Shown: positions 1 to 9,055 of the stretch, piece after piece
Layout of the letters: each line of letters starts with the position of its first letter
How positions within the stretch are numbered: position 1 is the first letter of the stretch
Assembly: GCF_040372045.1 (NCBI RefSeq)
Contig: NZ_BAABWH010000002.1
Strand: one strand, 5' to 3'
Length of the DNA: 32,000 nucleotides
DNA from: Thalassolituus maritimus
Lineage (GTDB): Bacteria; Pseudomonadota; Gammaproteobacteria; Pseudomonadales; Oceanobacteraceae
Made by a program: the position numbers and the translations under genes
Notes under the pieces: model-generated
Database searches by the model: none
What the model saw: only the letters and a program-made list of their open reading frames with translations
Told to the model about the DNA's origin: nothing

Positions 1-446
1 GTCAGCAGGATATGTACTGGCATATTCGCCTCCGCCGCCCAATCCAGCATGGCGTTGTCGAAATCCTTCAGGGGATGGCGAATATCCATCAGCAGCACAA
101 GCCCGCACAACGCCTGACGACGGTTCAGGTAAGTTTCGAGCTCTTTTTGCCACTCATTCTTCTTATCCACCGGGACTTTCGCGTAGCCATATCCGGGTAA
201 GTCGACGAGCGCGAGCTTGGTTTCACCTAAGCGGAAAAAGTTAATAAGTTGCGTCCGGCCGGGTGTTTTACTGGTTCTGGCCAGCTTTTTCTGCCCGGTC
301 AGGGTGTTCAGTGCGCTAGACTTACCCGCGTTGGAACGCCCTGCAAATGCCACCTCACGAATGATGTCCGTCGGGCACTGGCTCAATTTGGCAGCACTCT
401 TTTCGAATGCAGCATTGGTGTAAGTCAAAGGTAAGTGCTCGGACAT
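1..446 (-). CDS. engB: Ribosome-biogenesis GTPase EngB/YihA (N-terminal about 148 codons; 3' end runs off the left window edge)
   Basis: Not in the ORF track because no stop lies within the window. Reverse complement from ATG (446..444) reads [83 protein letters not shown]... It contains the [10 protein letters not shown]-loop and the DLPGYG G3 motif typical of EngB. The + strand ORFs at 12..200, 217..423 and 249..434 are its antisense shadows. Confidence 0.85.
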   Translation of the reverse strand, partial: MSEHLPLTYTNAAFEKSAAKLSQCPTDIIREVAFAGRSNAGKSSALNTLTGQKKLARTSKTPGRTQLINFFRLGETKLALVDLPGYGYAKVPVDKKNEWQKELETYLNRRQALCGLVLLMDIRHPLKDFDNAMLDWAAEANMPVHILL

Positions 447-555
447 AGGTATCGTTCGTCGTTGGTTGCGGCAGATGGTTTATACTGATGCGACATCAGA
501 TGCTGGGGATTCTATCATGAGCCAGAGCACCTCTGAGATAACAATGAGAGAGACG

Positions 556-885
556 ATGATGAAATACATAAACTCTTTAAAGGCTGCATGCCTTTTTGCC
601 AGCCTCTCCTCGGGCGTTGTTGCTGGGGCTAATGCATCTGATTTTGACGTGGAACGCAAATATGCGCGGACCTGTGCCGCATGTCATGTTTCAGGCATGG
701 CCGGTGCGCCTATCGCGTTTAACCAGCAGTCCTGGGCACCCGCAATGAATAAAGGCATGGAAACATTGGTCGCCAATGCGATTAATGGTATCAATGCCAT
801 GCCGCCCGGTGGTCTGTGCATGGACTGTACTCCTGAGCAGTTTGAAGCCTTAATACGCTATATGGCCGCTCCGAAAGCCAAGTAA
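556..885 (+). CDS. Cytochrome c5-family mono-haem c-type cytochrome (periplasmic)
   Basis: ORF 466..885 (TTG) trimmed to ATG 556, giving the signal peptide MMKYINSLKAACLFASLSSGVVAGANA. There is a single CAACH haem-binding motif. The C-terminal block GINAMPPGGLCMDCTPEQFEALI has a second Cys pair, as in cytochrome c5 proteins. The start could also be ATG 544. Confidence 0.85.
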   Translation: MMKYINSLKAACLFASLSSGVVAGANASDFDVERKYARTCAACHVSGMAGAPIAFNQQSWAPAMNKGMETLVANAINGINAMPPGGLCMDCTPEQFEALIRYMAAPKAK

Positions 886-999
886 TTCTGGCAGATACAG
901 AAGCTGATCACGTATTGACAGAGCTTTGCACTGACGCGGTAGCCGCTGGTGCTCTTTATGGGCAAAATAAAATTAAAATCACTACTACTGGGAGCAACA

Positions 1000-1629
1000 A
1001 TGCTTTCTTCACTTAAGAAATGGATGACTGCTGGTCTTGTCATGATGGCCTCTATCGCCTCGGCAGCGGAATACGAAGCGGGTAAACACTACAAGGTTCT
1101 CGAGAAAGCGGTCCCTGTCATGCAGGATGGTCAGATTCACGTAGAAGAAGCCTTTTGGTACGGCTGCTCTCATTGTTACAGCCTTGAGTCTGTCATCGTT
1201 CCATGGAAGAAAACTCTGGCTAAAGACGTCACCTTCTCACGCGTTCCGGCTATGTTCGGTCGCGCTTGGGTAGTACATGCTCAGCTTTACTACACAGCAG
1301 ATGCGCTGGGTGTACTTGAGCAGGTTCACGGAGATATCTTCAACGCCATTCACCTGCAGAAACTGCGTCTGGTCGACAAGAACGAGCAGCGTGACTTCCT
1401 CATGACTAAAGCTGGCGTAAGCGCTGAAGAGTTTGATAAGGCTTACGAGTCGTTCGCTGTTCGTTCAAAAATGACTCGCGGCGACAAGCGAGTCCGCGCA
1501 TTTGAAATCAGTGGCGTTCCAACTCTGATCGTTAATGGGCAGTACGTCGTCGATGCCAGCTCTGCGGGCAGTCAGGCTGAAATGGTCAACGTCGTTAATT
1601 ATCTGATTGAGCAAGAACGAGCACGTTAA
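1000..1629 (+). CDS. dsbA: Thiol:disulfide interchange protein DsbA
   Basis: ORF 949..1629 trimmed to ATG 1000, with GGAG 5 nt upstream. Signal peptide is MLSSLKKWMTAGLVMMASIASAAEY. The thioredoxin-fold active site WYGCSHCY (CxxC) and the GVPTLIVNG cis-Pro loop are present. Confidence 0.92.
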   Translation: MLSSLKKWMTAGLVMMASIASAAEYEAGKHYKVLEKAVPVMQDGQIHVEEAFWYGCSHCYSLESVIVPWKKTLAKDVTFSRVPAMFGRAWVVHAQLYYTADALGVLEQVHGDIFNAIHLQKLRLVDKNEQRDFLMTKAGVSAEEFDKAYESFAVRSKMTRGDKRVRAFEISGVPTLIVNGQYVVDASSAGSQAEMVNVVNYLIEQERAR

Positions 1630-1634
1630 GCAAC

Positions 1635-2414
1635 GTGGCTGAGCTCTGCTCATTGCGGGCGTTTACGGAGCTGCCCTGCACTCCGGACCGCCTGCGGCTT
1701 CTCTCCTTCAACATGCAGGTCGGTATCCAGACCGGTGGCTATCACCACTACCTGCTACGAAGTTGGCAACACCTCCTTCCTTTTCGTGCACGTGCACATG
1801 CTCTGAGCAGCATCGCTGAACTGGCTCGCCCCTTCGATCTTGTCGCCTTACAAGAGGCCGACGGCGGCAGTTGGCGTAGTAGTCGGAAGAATCAGGTTGA
1901 ACATATCGCTCACCTCGCTGAGTTTGAGCATTGGTATCATCAGATCAACCGAAACCTCGGGCGTATCGCACAACACGCTAATGGTGTGCTGTGCCGGCAG
2001 AAGGCCTTCCAGGTAGAACGACATCCACTTCCCGGCTTGCCCGGACGAGGGATGATGATTCTCCGCTACGGCGACCGCGATGACCCTCTGGTCGTCGCAG
2101 TCACGCACCTCGCCTTGCGCAAACAAACGCAGTTCAGCCAGATTCGCTATCTGGTGGACCTGCTCGCAGACGCCAAACGGGTGGTGATTATGGGTGACCT
2201 GAATCAGGAGAGCGAATGGCTGCTGCGTCAGAGTCCTCTCAGGCACCTCAACCTCCATCCCATCGCTGACGAACTCCCAACATATCCAAGTTGGCAACCC
2301 GCACGAGGGATCGACCATATTCTGGTCAGTGATTCTATTCCCCTCCACCGTATCGCTGTGATTGATCACCCCCTGTCGGACCATTTGCCCGTCGCAGCCG
2401 AAATTGGCGTATAA
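1635..2414 (+). CDS. Endonuclease/exonuclease/phosphatase (EEP) family protein
   Basis: 259-aa ORF with a GTG start 5 nt after the dsbA stop. It carries the EEP motif series LLSFNMQ, ALQEADGG, IMGDLN, IDHILVS and SDHLPV. The antisense ORF 1848..2435 is a shadow. Confidence 0.8.
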   Translation: MAELCSLRAFTELPCTPDRLRLLSFNMQVGIQTGGYHHYLLRSWQHLLPFRARAHALSSIAELARPFDLVALQEADGGSWRSSRKNQVEHIAHLAEFEHWYHQINRNLGRIAQHANGVLCRQKAFQVERHPLPGLPGRGMMILRYGDRDDPLVVAVTHLALRKQTQFSQIRYLVDLLADAKRVVIMGDLNQESEWLLRQSPLRHLNLHPIADELPTYPSWQPARGIDHILVSDSIPLHRIAVIDHPLSDHLPVAAEIGV

Positions 2415-2497
2415 CAACCGTTCCTGACACCGCACTCTGGCAATTCGCGACTATACTTTGGTCATAACCTATCCGAGCATTGTCCTTAGGAAGTAGC

Positions 2498-4267
2498 ATG
2501 GCGGCAGCAAAGCAGGGACCCTCCGAGCAGCAATGGAGGGATAAGTACCTGTCCCTCAATGAAAAGTATGACAAGCTGAAACTCCAGGTCGGCACACGCA
2601 ATGAGCAGTTGCGACGAGGCTTGGTGTTGGTATCGTTACTGTCAGAAGGCCAGTCCTCTTCCCTTGATTCCACTCTGCATGCACTGCGCGAAGCCATGCG
2701 CGGCTCAACCGGTGACCTGAATAAGAGTATCGGCGCACTGGATAAGCAGGTCCGTAGCTTTGAGGTCAGCCACGAGAGTGACTCGGCGTCGCTTGCTCAG
2801 CAAATCAGTCTTATGGCGGAAAAACTCTGCCACTGCCAGATCCCAAAACCGCTCGTCAATGAAATCCGTGAATTGCGCAAGCAAGCACCAGATGCCCTTA
2901 CCAGCTGGGAAGGCTACGCCGTTCAGCTAAAGGGTTGGGCATCTGTTCTGGATACCTTAGCGGGTCTGGATGAAACGATGGGCGATGAGGGAAAAGGCCC
3001 TTGGTGGCGCAAAATTTTTTCCCGCTCCGACGAGGCAGCAACAACCGCCTCTGAGAAGACAGACGTTGCTGGTGACGTCCCGGCTTCAGATCCAGCCAGC
3101 TCAAATCCAGCCAGCTCAAATCCAGCCAGCATTGAAGCCAAAACCGGTAACACTGCCCCAGACAGCGCCACCCCTGAAGCAAACGCTTCAACTGACACGA
3201 ACACGGATGAGGCCGAACCCGGCTTTTCGACGATAGCAAAAGAAGTCGCCTCGACACTGAACGGACTGATTGCGCGCCTCGTCGTGCCAGAACGCTTGAA
3301 TCAACGCTCGGGAGAACTGCAGAAGCGCCTCAGCGATGGTCTGCACTGGTACGAGTTTGTCAGCATTCTGGAGGACACCTCGCAGTTCCTGCTTGATTGC
3401 CTTGGCTCCGGGCAGGAAGAGTTTGAGCGTTTTTTGCAAAGCCTCGACAAACGCCTGCAGGCTATTCAAACCATGGTATCGGACGCCAACAAAGGCCAGG
3501 CCGACCGCGAGAGCGCCCGTACCAGCCTGGAAACCATGGTGCGCGATCAGATAGACGACATTCGCTCCGTCGTGAACGGACTCGGTAATCTGGGCGAACT
3601 GGGTTCCAGCGTGCGCGACCACCTGACCACCATCGTAAAAGCCATGGAACAATATCAGGAGGCCGAGACACAGCGTGAAGCACGCCTCGCCGAGCAGCTT
3701 GAGGTTTTACAGGCACGCCTCAGCGAAATGGAAGCAGAAGCCTCACAAGCACGACAAATTATTGAAGATCAGAAAAAGCGGGCGACGTTAGATCACCTGA
3801 CCGGCCTGCCGAACAGGGCAGCATACGAAGTACAGCTGGGCGAAGAGCTGATGAAACGCAGCCGTGGTGGGCGATCACTGTCGTTTATCATCTGCGATGT
3901 CGATCACTTCAAAAAGATCAACGACACCTACGGGCATATTGCAGGCGATAAAGTATTACAACTGTTGGCCACAACGCTCAGGAAAAACCTGCGTGGCAGT
4001 GACTTTATCGCTCGTTACGGCGGTGAAGAATTCGTGGTTCTGTTACCGGGCACACCAGCCGATGCTGCAGCGGGTGTCGCCGAAAAACTCCGAGCCAGTA
4101 TTGAAGCCTGCCCTTTCAATTTCCGTGGCCAGCGAGTGACCATTACCATGTCGTTTGGTATCAGTGAATTCCGCGCACTTGAGGCACCGGAAACCGTGTT
4201 TGATCGGGCCGACAAGGCGCTATACAAAGCGAAAGAAGAAGGCCGTAACCGCTGCGTTGTCAGCTAA
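2498..4267 (+). CDS. Diguanylate cyclase (C-terminal GGDEF domain) with a long coiled-coil / low-complexity N-terminal region; DgcP-like by position
   Basis: ORF 2480..4267 (TTG) trimmed to ATG 2498, with AGGAAG 5-6 nt upstream. The GGDEF domain shows LTGLPNR, DVDHFKKINDTYGH, an RGSD I-site five residues before RYGGEEF, and a C-terminal ALYKAKEEGRNR. The N-terminal about 400 aa is helical and coiled-coil, with a Pro/Ser/Thr/Asp-rich linker. Confidence 0.9.
   Translation: MAAAKQGPSEQQWRDKYLSLNEKYDKLKLQVGTRNEQLRRGLVLVSLLSEGQSSSLDSTLHALREAMRGSTGDLNKSIGALDKQVRSFEVSHESDSASLAQQISLMAEKLCHCQIPKPLVNEIRELRKQAPDALTSWEGYAVQLKGWASVLDTLAGLDETMGDEGKGPWWRKIFSRSDEAATTASEKTDVAGDVPASDPASSNPASSNPASIEAKTGNTAPDSATPEANASTDTNTDEAEPGFSTIAKEVASTLNGLIARLVVPERLNQRSGELQKRLSDGLHWYEFVSILEDTSQFLLDCLGSGQEEFERFLQSLDKRLQAIQTMVSDANKGQADRESARTSLETMVRDQIDDIRSVVNGLGNLGELGSSVRDHLTTIVKAMEQYQEAETQREARLAEQLEVLQARLSEMEAEASQARQIIEDQKKRATLDHLTGLPNRAAYEVQLGEELMKRSRGGRSLSFIICDVDHFKKINDTYGHIAGDKVLQLLATTLRKNLRGSDFIARYGGEEFVVLLPGTPADAAAGVAEKLRASIEACPFNFRGQRVTITMSFGISEFRALEAPETVFDRADKALYKAKEEGRNRCVVS
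3091..3130 (+). repeat. In-frame 15-bp tandem repeat (2.7 copies of tccagccagctcaaa) encoding PASSN-PASSN-PAS in the cyclase linker
   Basis: Direct reading shows perfect copies at 3091..3105 and 3106..3120, and the first 10 nt of a third copy at 3121..3130. Confidence 0.95.
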
Positions 4268-4346
4268 CGGGGTCTCGCGTGCAACTTTGCCAGTTTTCGG
4301 CGCATCAGATATAGTTCGCCGTTAATATTGTGGGAAGGTTGAAGTC

Positions 4347-6161
4347 ATGTGTGGAATCGTTGGTGCCGTCGCTCAGCGTGATGTTGTAGAGATCCTGCTT
4401 GAAGGCCTCCGTCGCCTTGAGTACCGCGGTTACGACTCCGCAGGGGTCGCTGTCGTCACACAGGAGCACACCCTCCGACGAGTTCGTCGCATGGGCAAGG
4501 TTCAGACGCTCGCTGACGCCATCGCGGAGTCACCCACACCGGGCGGAACCGGCATCGCTCATACACGCTGGGCAACACACGGCGAACCCTCCGAAGATAA
4601 CGCACACCCGCACATGTCGGGCGACATTGCAGTCGTTCATAACGGCATCATAGAAAACCACGAAAAACTGCGCGCCGAACTGCAGGACCAGGGATACACC
4701 TTCACCTCACAGACCGATACTGAAGTGATCGCACACTTGGTTGAACGCGAACTGCGCGACTCATCCAGCCTGCTGAATGCCGTCATGGCCGCTCGCTCCC
4801 TGCTGGAAGGCGCCTATGGCATGGTGGTGATTAACCGCACTGACCCAGAGCGAATGATCGTTGCCCGCTCAGGTTCGCCCCTCGTTATCGGCCATGGCAT
4901 CGGCGAAAACTTCATTGCCTCAGATCAACTGGCATTACTGCCCGTCACCCGCAAGTTCTCGTATCTGGAAGAGGGTGACGTCGCCGAGATTACACGCTCC
5001 GATATTCAGATCTTCGATGCAGGCAACGCGCCCACTACCCGCGAAGTGAAAGAAACTGACGTTGAGCACGACGCCGGAGACAAGGGTCAGTTCCGTCATC
5101 ACATGATGAAGGAAATCTACGAGCAGCCTGTCGCCATCAGCAACACACTGGAAGGCAGACTGGTTGCCGGTAAACTGAATCTGGAATCCCTCGGCGATCT
5201 CAGCCACATTGATCAGGTGCAGATTATCGCCTGTGGCACCAGCTACCATGCAGGTATGACCGCCCGGTACTGGATTGAAGAACTCGCTGGCATTGCCTGT
5301 AATATCGAAATCGCGTCCGAATTCCGCTACCGCAAGTCTGTGGTGCGTCCTAACAGTCTGTTGGTCACTATCTCCCAAAGTGGTGAAACAGCCGACACAC
5401 TTGCGGCTCTCAGACTGGCTAAAGAAATCGGTTACTCACGCTCGCTGACCATCTGTAACGTTCCGGGCTCATCTCTGGTGCGCGAATCAGATATGGCATT
5501 ACTGACCCGTGCTGGGGCAGAAATTGGCGTTGCCTCGACCAAGGCCTTCACCACTCAGTTAGCCGCTTTGATGCTCCTGACTGCCGCACTTGGACGCGCA
5601 AACGGCATGAGCGTTGACACCGAGAAGCGCATTGCTGACGCCCTACTGAAACTGCCTTCCCTTATCGAAAAAGCTCTCGGTATGGACGCCGCCATTGAAG
5701 CTTTGGCGCAACAGTTCGCAGAAAAGCATCATGCCTTGTTCCTGGGCCGTGGCGACCAATATCCCATTGCCATGGAAGGGGCTCTGAAGCTGAAAGAGAT
5801 CAGCTATATCCACGCAGAAGCCTACGCCGCTGGCGAACTGAAACACGGCCCTCTGGCCCTGATCGACGCCGAAATGCCGATCATTGTTGTCGCGCCTAAC
5901 AATGAGCTTATCGAAAAGCTTAAATCGAATATCGAAGAAGTACGGGCTCGTGGTGGGGAATTGTTTGTTTTCGCAGACGAGAAACTGACCATCACGCCGC
6001 AAAGCAATATGCAGGTGATGACCGTGCCACACTGCGATGACATTGTTGCCCCCGTCCTCTACACACTGCCACTGCAACTGCTGAGCTATCACGTTGCCGT
6101 AATCAAAGGCACGGACGTGGATCAGCCACGGAATCTGGCGAAATCAGTAACCGTAGAATAA
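4347..6161 (+). CDS. glmS: Glutamine--fructose-6-phosphate aminotransferase (isomerizing)
   Basis: 604 aa. It starts MCGIVGAV (N-terminal Cys nucleophile), is followed by two SIS-domain regions ([16 protein letters not shown]), and ends with the canonical C-terminus NLAKSVTVE. Confidence 0.97.
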   Translation: MCGIVGAVAQRDVVEILLEGLRRLEYRGYDSAGVAVVTQEHTLRRVRRMGKVQTLADAIAESPTPGGTGIAHTRWATHGEPSEDNAHPHMSGDIAVVHNGIIENHEKLRAELQDQGYTFTSQTDTEVIAHLVERELRDSSSLLNAVMAARSLLEGAYGMVVINRTDPERMIVARSGSPLVIGHGIGENFIASDQLALLPVTRKFSYLEEGDVAEITRSDIQIFDAGNAPTTREVKETDVEHDAGDKGQFRHHMMKEIYEQPVAISNTLEGRLVAGKLNLESLGDLSHIDQVQIIACGTSYHAGMTARYWIEELAGIACNIEIASEFRYRKSVVRPNSLLVTISQSGETADTLAALRLAKEIGYSRSLTICNVPGSSLVRESDMALLTRAGAEIGVASTKAFTTQLAALMLLTAALGRANGMSVDTEKRIADALLKLPSLIEKALGMDAAIEALAQQFAEKHHALFLGRGDQYPIAMEGALKLKEISYIHAEAYAAGELKHGPLALIDAEMPIIVVAPNNELIEKLKSNIEEVRARGGELFVFADEKLTITPQSNMQVMTVPHCDDIVAPVLYTLPLQLLSYHVAVIKGTDVDQPRNLAKSVTVE

Positions 6162-6175
6162 TCAGGGACTCCACT

Positions 6176-7069
6176 ATGCGTATCTTCGTTTTCGTTTTTG
6201 CTTTACTTGCAGTGATGCCAACCCACGCGGAAGCCAACACAGAAGATGCTATCCCCGAGCCCGCTATCGAGCTGACTGAGCTGATGGGTACGATTACTCT
6301 CAAGAACGGCGTCTCACCAGAGGTCGCTCTGGTTCTGACCGTCACCAACCCATCGGATACACCATATACGGGGCAGATCGGGTTCGCGGGCGCAGAGACT
6401 GAGTCACTGAGCATTAATGCAGGCGAAGAGCAGGATGTTAGCTTGTCGGTAACCAGCCGCCATGCAGGCAAAGCAGATGCCCTGCAAAAAGCCGAAATTG
6501 ATTTTTCGCTGATACTCGACGATCAGCCAGCGCCGGCCATCGGCAATGTCGATATCGATATTCAGGTTCCGGTAGCGGCCTACCCTCTGGTCCGTTCAGA
6601 ACCGCCGGTTATGCAGAAAAGTGCAGAGGCCGAAGCACAGTATGAATTTTACGCACTATCTCAACAGCTTCAGCCTCTGAAATTCACTTACAATCCGGGC
6701 CCTCATAATCTCGAAGTTCGTAAAACGGTTTACCCGATCCCGATTGAGCCAGGCCCAATCGAAATCAGTATCGAAGTAACGAACCACGGCACAGAAGCGA
6801 CGACTGCACTCGTCCTGAGAGACACACTCGACGATGCCGACTTCGCAGGCAGCGGAAGTGCTTTCACACGTTTTGTCGCTGACGAAGCGACTGATCTGGT
6901 ATGGGAAGCAGAGCTGCCATCTATCGCTCCCGGTGAGAGCCGGTTAATCAGCTATACGGTTTCAGCACGTTATGCGGTCGGTGATAAGCAATTGCCTGCT
7001 ACGACGGTGATCATGAACGATGAGCTGACAGGTCTGAGCAACAAGGTTTGGCTGCCCAAGTGGCACTGA
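6176..7069 (+). CDS. Secreted hypothetical protein with two beta-sandwich-like (DUF11/CARDB-like) halves
   Basis: 297-aa ORF starting 14 nt after the glmS stop, with signal peptide MRIFVFVFALLAVMPTHAEA. The C-terminal half (PIEISIEVTNHGTEATTALVLRDTL...LVWEAELPSIAPGESRLISYTV) follows the pattern of the conserved-repeat / DUF11 adhesin-type fold. The assignment rests on pattern only. Confidence 0.6.
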   Translation: MRIFVFVFALLAVMPTHAEANTEDAIPEPAIELTELMGTITLKNGVSPEVALVLTVTNPSDTPYTGQIGFAGAETESLSINAGEEQDVSLSVTSRHAGKADALQKAEIDFSLILDDQPAPAIGNVDIDIQVPVAAYPLVRSEPPVMQKSAEAEAQYEFYALSQQLQPLKFTYNPGPHNLEVRKTVYPIPIEPGPIEISIEVTNHGTEATTALVLRDTLDDADFAGSGSAFTRFVADEATDLVWEAELPSIAPGESRLISYTVSARYAVGDKQLPATTVIMNDELTGLSNKVWLPKWH

Positions 7070-7128
7070 GAACCGCGTCAGAGAACTCATCAATCCTGCT
7101 CAGCGCGACCGAACTGCAGCCTCTCTGA

Positions 7129-7493
7129 CCTTCAGTTGCGTTTCCAGCAACAAAACAGCCCCTCGGAGTTGTCGGTATTGTGACGCCCTGGAACATCCCG
7201 TTCCCTCTGACACTCTCGCCATCCTTAAGACAACGCACTCCGGTGGTATCTGCATCAATGATTCACTAAGCCGCGTTCCGGCGGACGATCTTCCCTTCGG
7301 CGGTATCGGCCCATCAGGCATGGGGCATTACCGAAGCGAGGAAGGTTTCCGCACCTTCTCGAAAGCCAAAGGCGTGATTCGTAAGGGAATAATCGATACG
7401 GCGTCAATGGTTGCTCCACCATGGAATAACCGCATGTTTAAAGGCTTTATATGGTTTATGAAATTCCGTTTCAGACCCGTCAAAGTCGATTGA
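7129..7493 (+). pseudogene. Remnant of a coniferyl-aldehyde-dehydrogenase-type (ALDH superfamily) gene with 5' truncation, a large internal deletion and a frame change
   Basis: Codons starting at 7129 read PSVAFPATKQPLGVVGIVTPWNIPFPLTL, which is the ALDH GVVGxIxPWNxP block. That frame hits a stop at 7267. In a different frame, 7209..7493 reads DTLAILKTTHSGGICINDSLSRVPADDLPFGGIGPSGMGHYRSEEGFRTFSKAKGVIRKG...VKVD*, the ALDH C-terminal PFGGxGxSGxGxYHGxxGFxxFS block. About 300 codons that normally separate the two blocks are absent. There is no start codon, so the region does not appear in the ORF track. Homology may extend back to about 7070. Confidence 0.72.
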
Positions 7494-7540
7494 TAAAGCC
7501 GGTGCTGAAACCGGGAAACGAGGGGCGGGTCACGGCAAAC

Positions 7541-7566
7541 AAAAAAGGAGGCTTATAAGCCTCCTT
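7541..7566 (-). terminator. Rho-independent terminator of fumC
   Basis: Perfect palindrome aaggaggctta/taagcctcctt at 7545..7566. On the minus strand it is followed by a TTTTTT run (7541..7546 region). It lies about 30 nt downstream of the fumC stop. Confidence 0.75.
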
Positions 7567-7597
7567 TATCGATCTGAAACCTGTCTGACGGCCCGGT

Positions 7598-8977
7598 TTA
7601 AAGGCCACCGTGTGTCAGCTTCTCAGGGTTCAGCAGGCGCTCGAGCTCAGTACGGCCGAGGTCTGTCTGCTCGTCGGCAACATCAATGATAGGACGACCT
7701 TCGCGGTAGGCTTGCTTAGCAATTTCAGCGGCTTTCAGATAACCAATGACAGGATTCAGTGCCGTCACCAAAACTGGGTTCTTAGCCAGCGCTTCCTGCA
7801 GTTTCTCTTCTTTCACCACAAAGCTGGCAATGGCTTTATCTGCCAGTAAGCGTGATACATTGGCTATCAAGCCGATACTTTGCAGCAGGTTGTGCGCAAC
7901 CAAAGGCAGCATCACGTTCAGTTCAAAGTTACCCGACTGACCCGCAACATTGATCGCCACGTCATTTCCCATCACCTGAGCCGATACCATCGCGGCCGCC
8001 TCCGGAATAACGGGGTTCACTTTACCCGGCATGATCGAAGAACCTGGCTGTAATGCCTCGAGTTCGATCTCGCCCAGTCCAGCTAATGGACCAGAATTCA
8101 TCCAGCGCAGATCATTGGCGATTTTCATCATGGTAACCGCCTGCGTTTTCAGAATACCCGACACCGCAACAGCGGTATCCTGAGACGCAATGCGGCTGAA
8201 GTAATCTTCCGCTGGACGGAAATTCAGACCCGTTTCTGCATTGAGTACATCACATACCAATGCAGAGAAATCTGGATGGGCATTGATGCCGGTGCCCACA
8301 GCGGTACCGCCCAGCGCCAATGCTTCCAGCGCAGGAAGAGACTGCTCAAGACGCGCAATATTTTCTTCAGTCTGCGTCGCCCAGGCACCCAACCCCTGAC
8401 TCATGCGGATCGGCATCGCATCCATCAGGTGAGTACGACCTGTCTTAATAAAACCATCCACCTCTTCAGCCTTGCTGCGAATACTGGCGGCCAGACAGTT
8501 CAGCGCAGGCAACAGGGCATTTTTAATCTTCAGCGCGGCACTGATGTGGATAACCGATGGAATCACATCGTTACTGCTCTGACCGTAGTTGATGTGGTCG
8601 TTCGGGCTCACCGGCTCACTGGTTTCGCGGCTGGCCAGCGTCGCCAAAACTTCGTTGGCGTTCATGTTCGTGCTGGTACCGGAGCCTGTCTGAAAAACAT
8701 CGACCGGAAAGTGCTGCATCAGATCGTCTTCCGACAACAAACGATCAGCGGCTTTAGTAATGGCCTCACCCGTCTCTGCTGGAATCTGCTCCAACTTCTG
8801 GTTCGCTATGGCAGCCGCTTTTTTCAGGGCGACCAGTGCCCGGATATAAGATTCCGGCATGCGTGTATCACTGACTGGAAAGTTGTTGATCGCACGCTGG
8901 GTTTGAGCGGTATACAAAGCATCAGCGGGAACCTGCAATTCCCCCATGCTGTCTTTTTCTGTACGCATTTCACTCAC
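7598..8977 (-). CDS. fumC: Class II (iron-independent) fumarate hydratase
   Basis: 459 aa. It has the GSSIMPGKVNP signature, GQSSND, and QVMGNDVAINVAGQSGNFELNV, which matches the FumC pattern rather than AspA. The N-terminus reads EKDSMGELQVPADALYTAQTQRAINNFPVS. GTG start has AGGAG 7 nt upstream. Antisense ORFs 7610..7849, 7746..7940 and 8276..9061 are shadows. Confidence 0.88.
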   Translation of the reverse strand: MSEMRTEKDSMGELQVPADALYTAQTQRAINNFPVSDTRMPESYIRALVALKKAAAIANQKLEQIPAETGEAITKAADRLLSEDDLMQHFPVDVFQTGSGTSTNMNANEVLATLASRETSEPVSPNDHINYGQSSNDVIPSVIHISAALKIKNALLPALNCLAASIRSKAEEVDGFIKTGRTHLMDAMPIRMSQGLGAWATQTEENIARLEQSLPALEALALGGTAVGTGINAHPDFSALVCDVLNAETGLNFRPAEDYFSRIASQDTAVAVSGILKTQAVTMMKIANDLRWMNSGPLAGLGEIELEALQPGSSIMPGKVNPVIPEAAAMVSAQVMGNDVAINVAGQSGNFELNVMLPLVAHNLLQSIGLIANVSRLLADKAIASFVVKEEKLQEALAKNPVLVTALNPVIGYLKAAEIAKQAYREGRPIIDVADEQTDLGRTELERLLNPEKLTHGGL

Positions 8978-9036
8978 ACGATGTCTCCTTTAGTGATGGA
9001 AAGTACTTATGACTGGCGCGCTATCATGACACAAAC

Positions 9037-9055
9037 ACTAATGATTATCATTAGC
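9037..9055. promoter_or_regulatory. Fur box (ferric uptake regulator operator)
   Basis: aCTAATGATtATCATTAGc is a perfect 8-1-8 palindrome (9038..9054). It matches the central 15 positions of the GATAATGATAATCATTATC consensus. It lies 60 nt upstream of the fumC start and overlaps the predicted -10 element. Confidence 0.75.

Noticed and set aside
12-434. Three + strand ORFs (12..200, 217..423, 249..434) at the left edge.
   Set aside because: The minus strand here encodes an unmistakable EngB N-terminus with its P-loop. The + strand ORFs are shadows, and the true gene is missing from the track only because its stop lies outside the window.
4268-4346. glmS ribozyme or another structured leader upstream of glmS.
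   Set aside because: The leader is only 79 nt and shows no ribozyme core pseudoknot sequences. The glmS ribozyme is a Gram-positive feature and is not expected here.
6150-6200. Possible Tn7 or Tn7-like element at the attTn7-equivalent position after glmS.
   Set aside because: There is no TGTGG-type Tn7 terminal sequence, no repeated TnsB-binding 22-mers, and no tnsABCDE-like or other transposase genes anywhere downstream. Only an orphan gene and an ALDH remnant are present.
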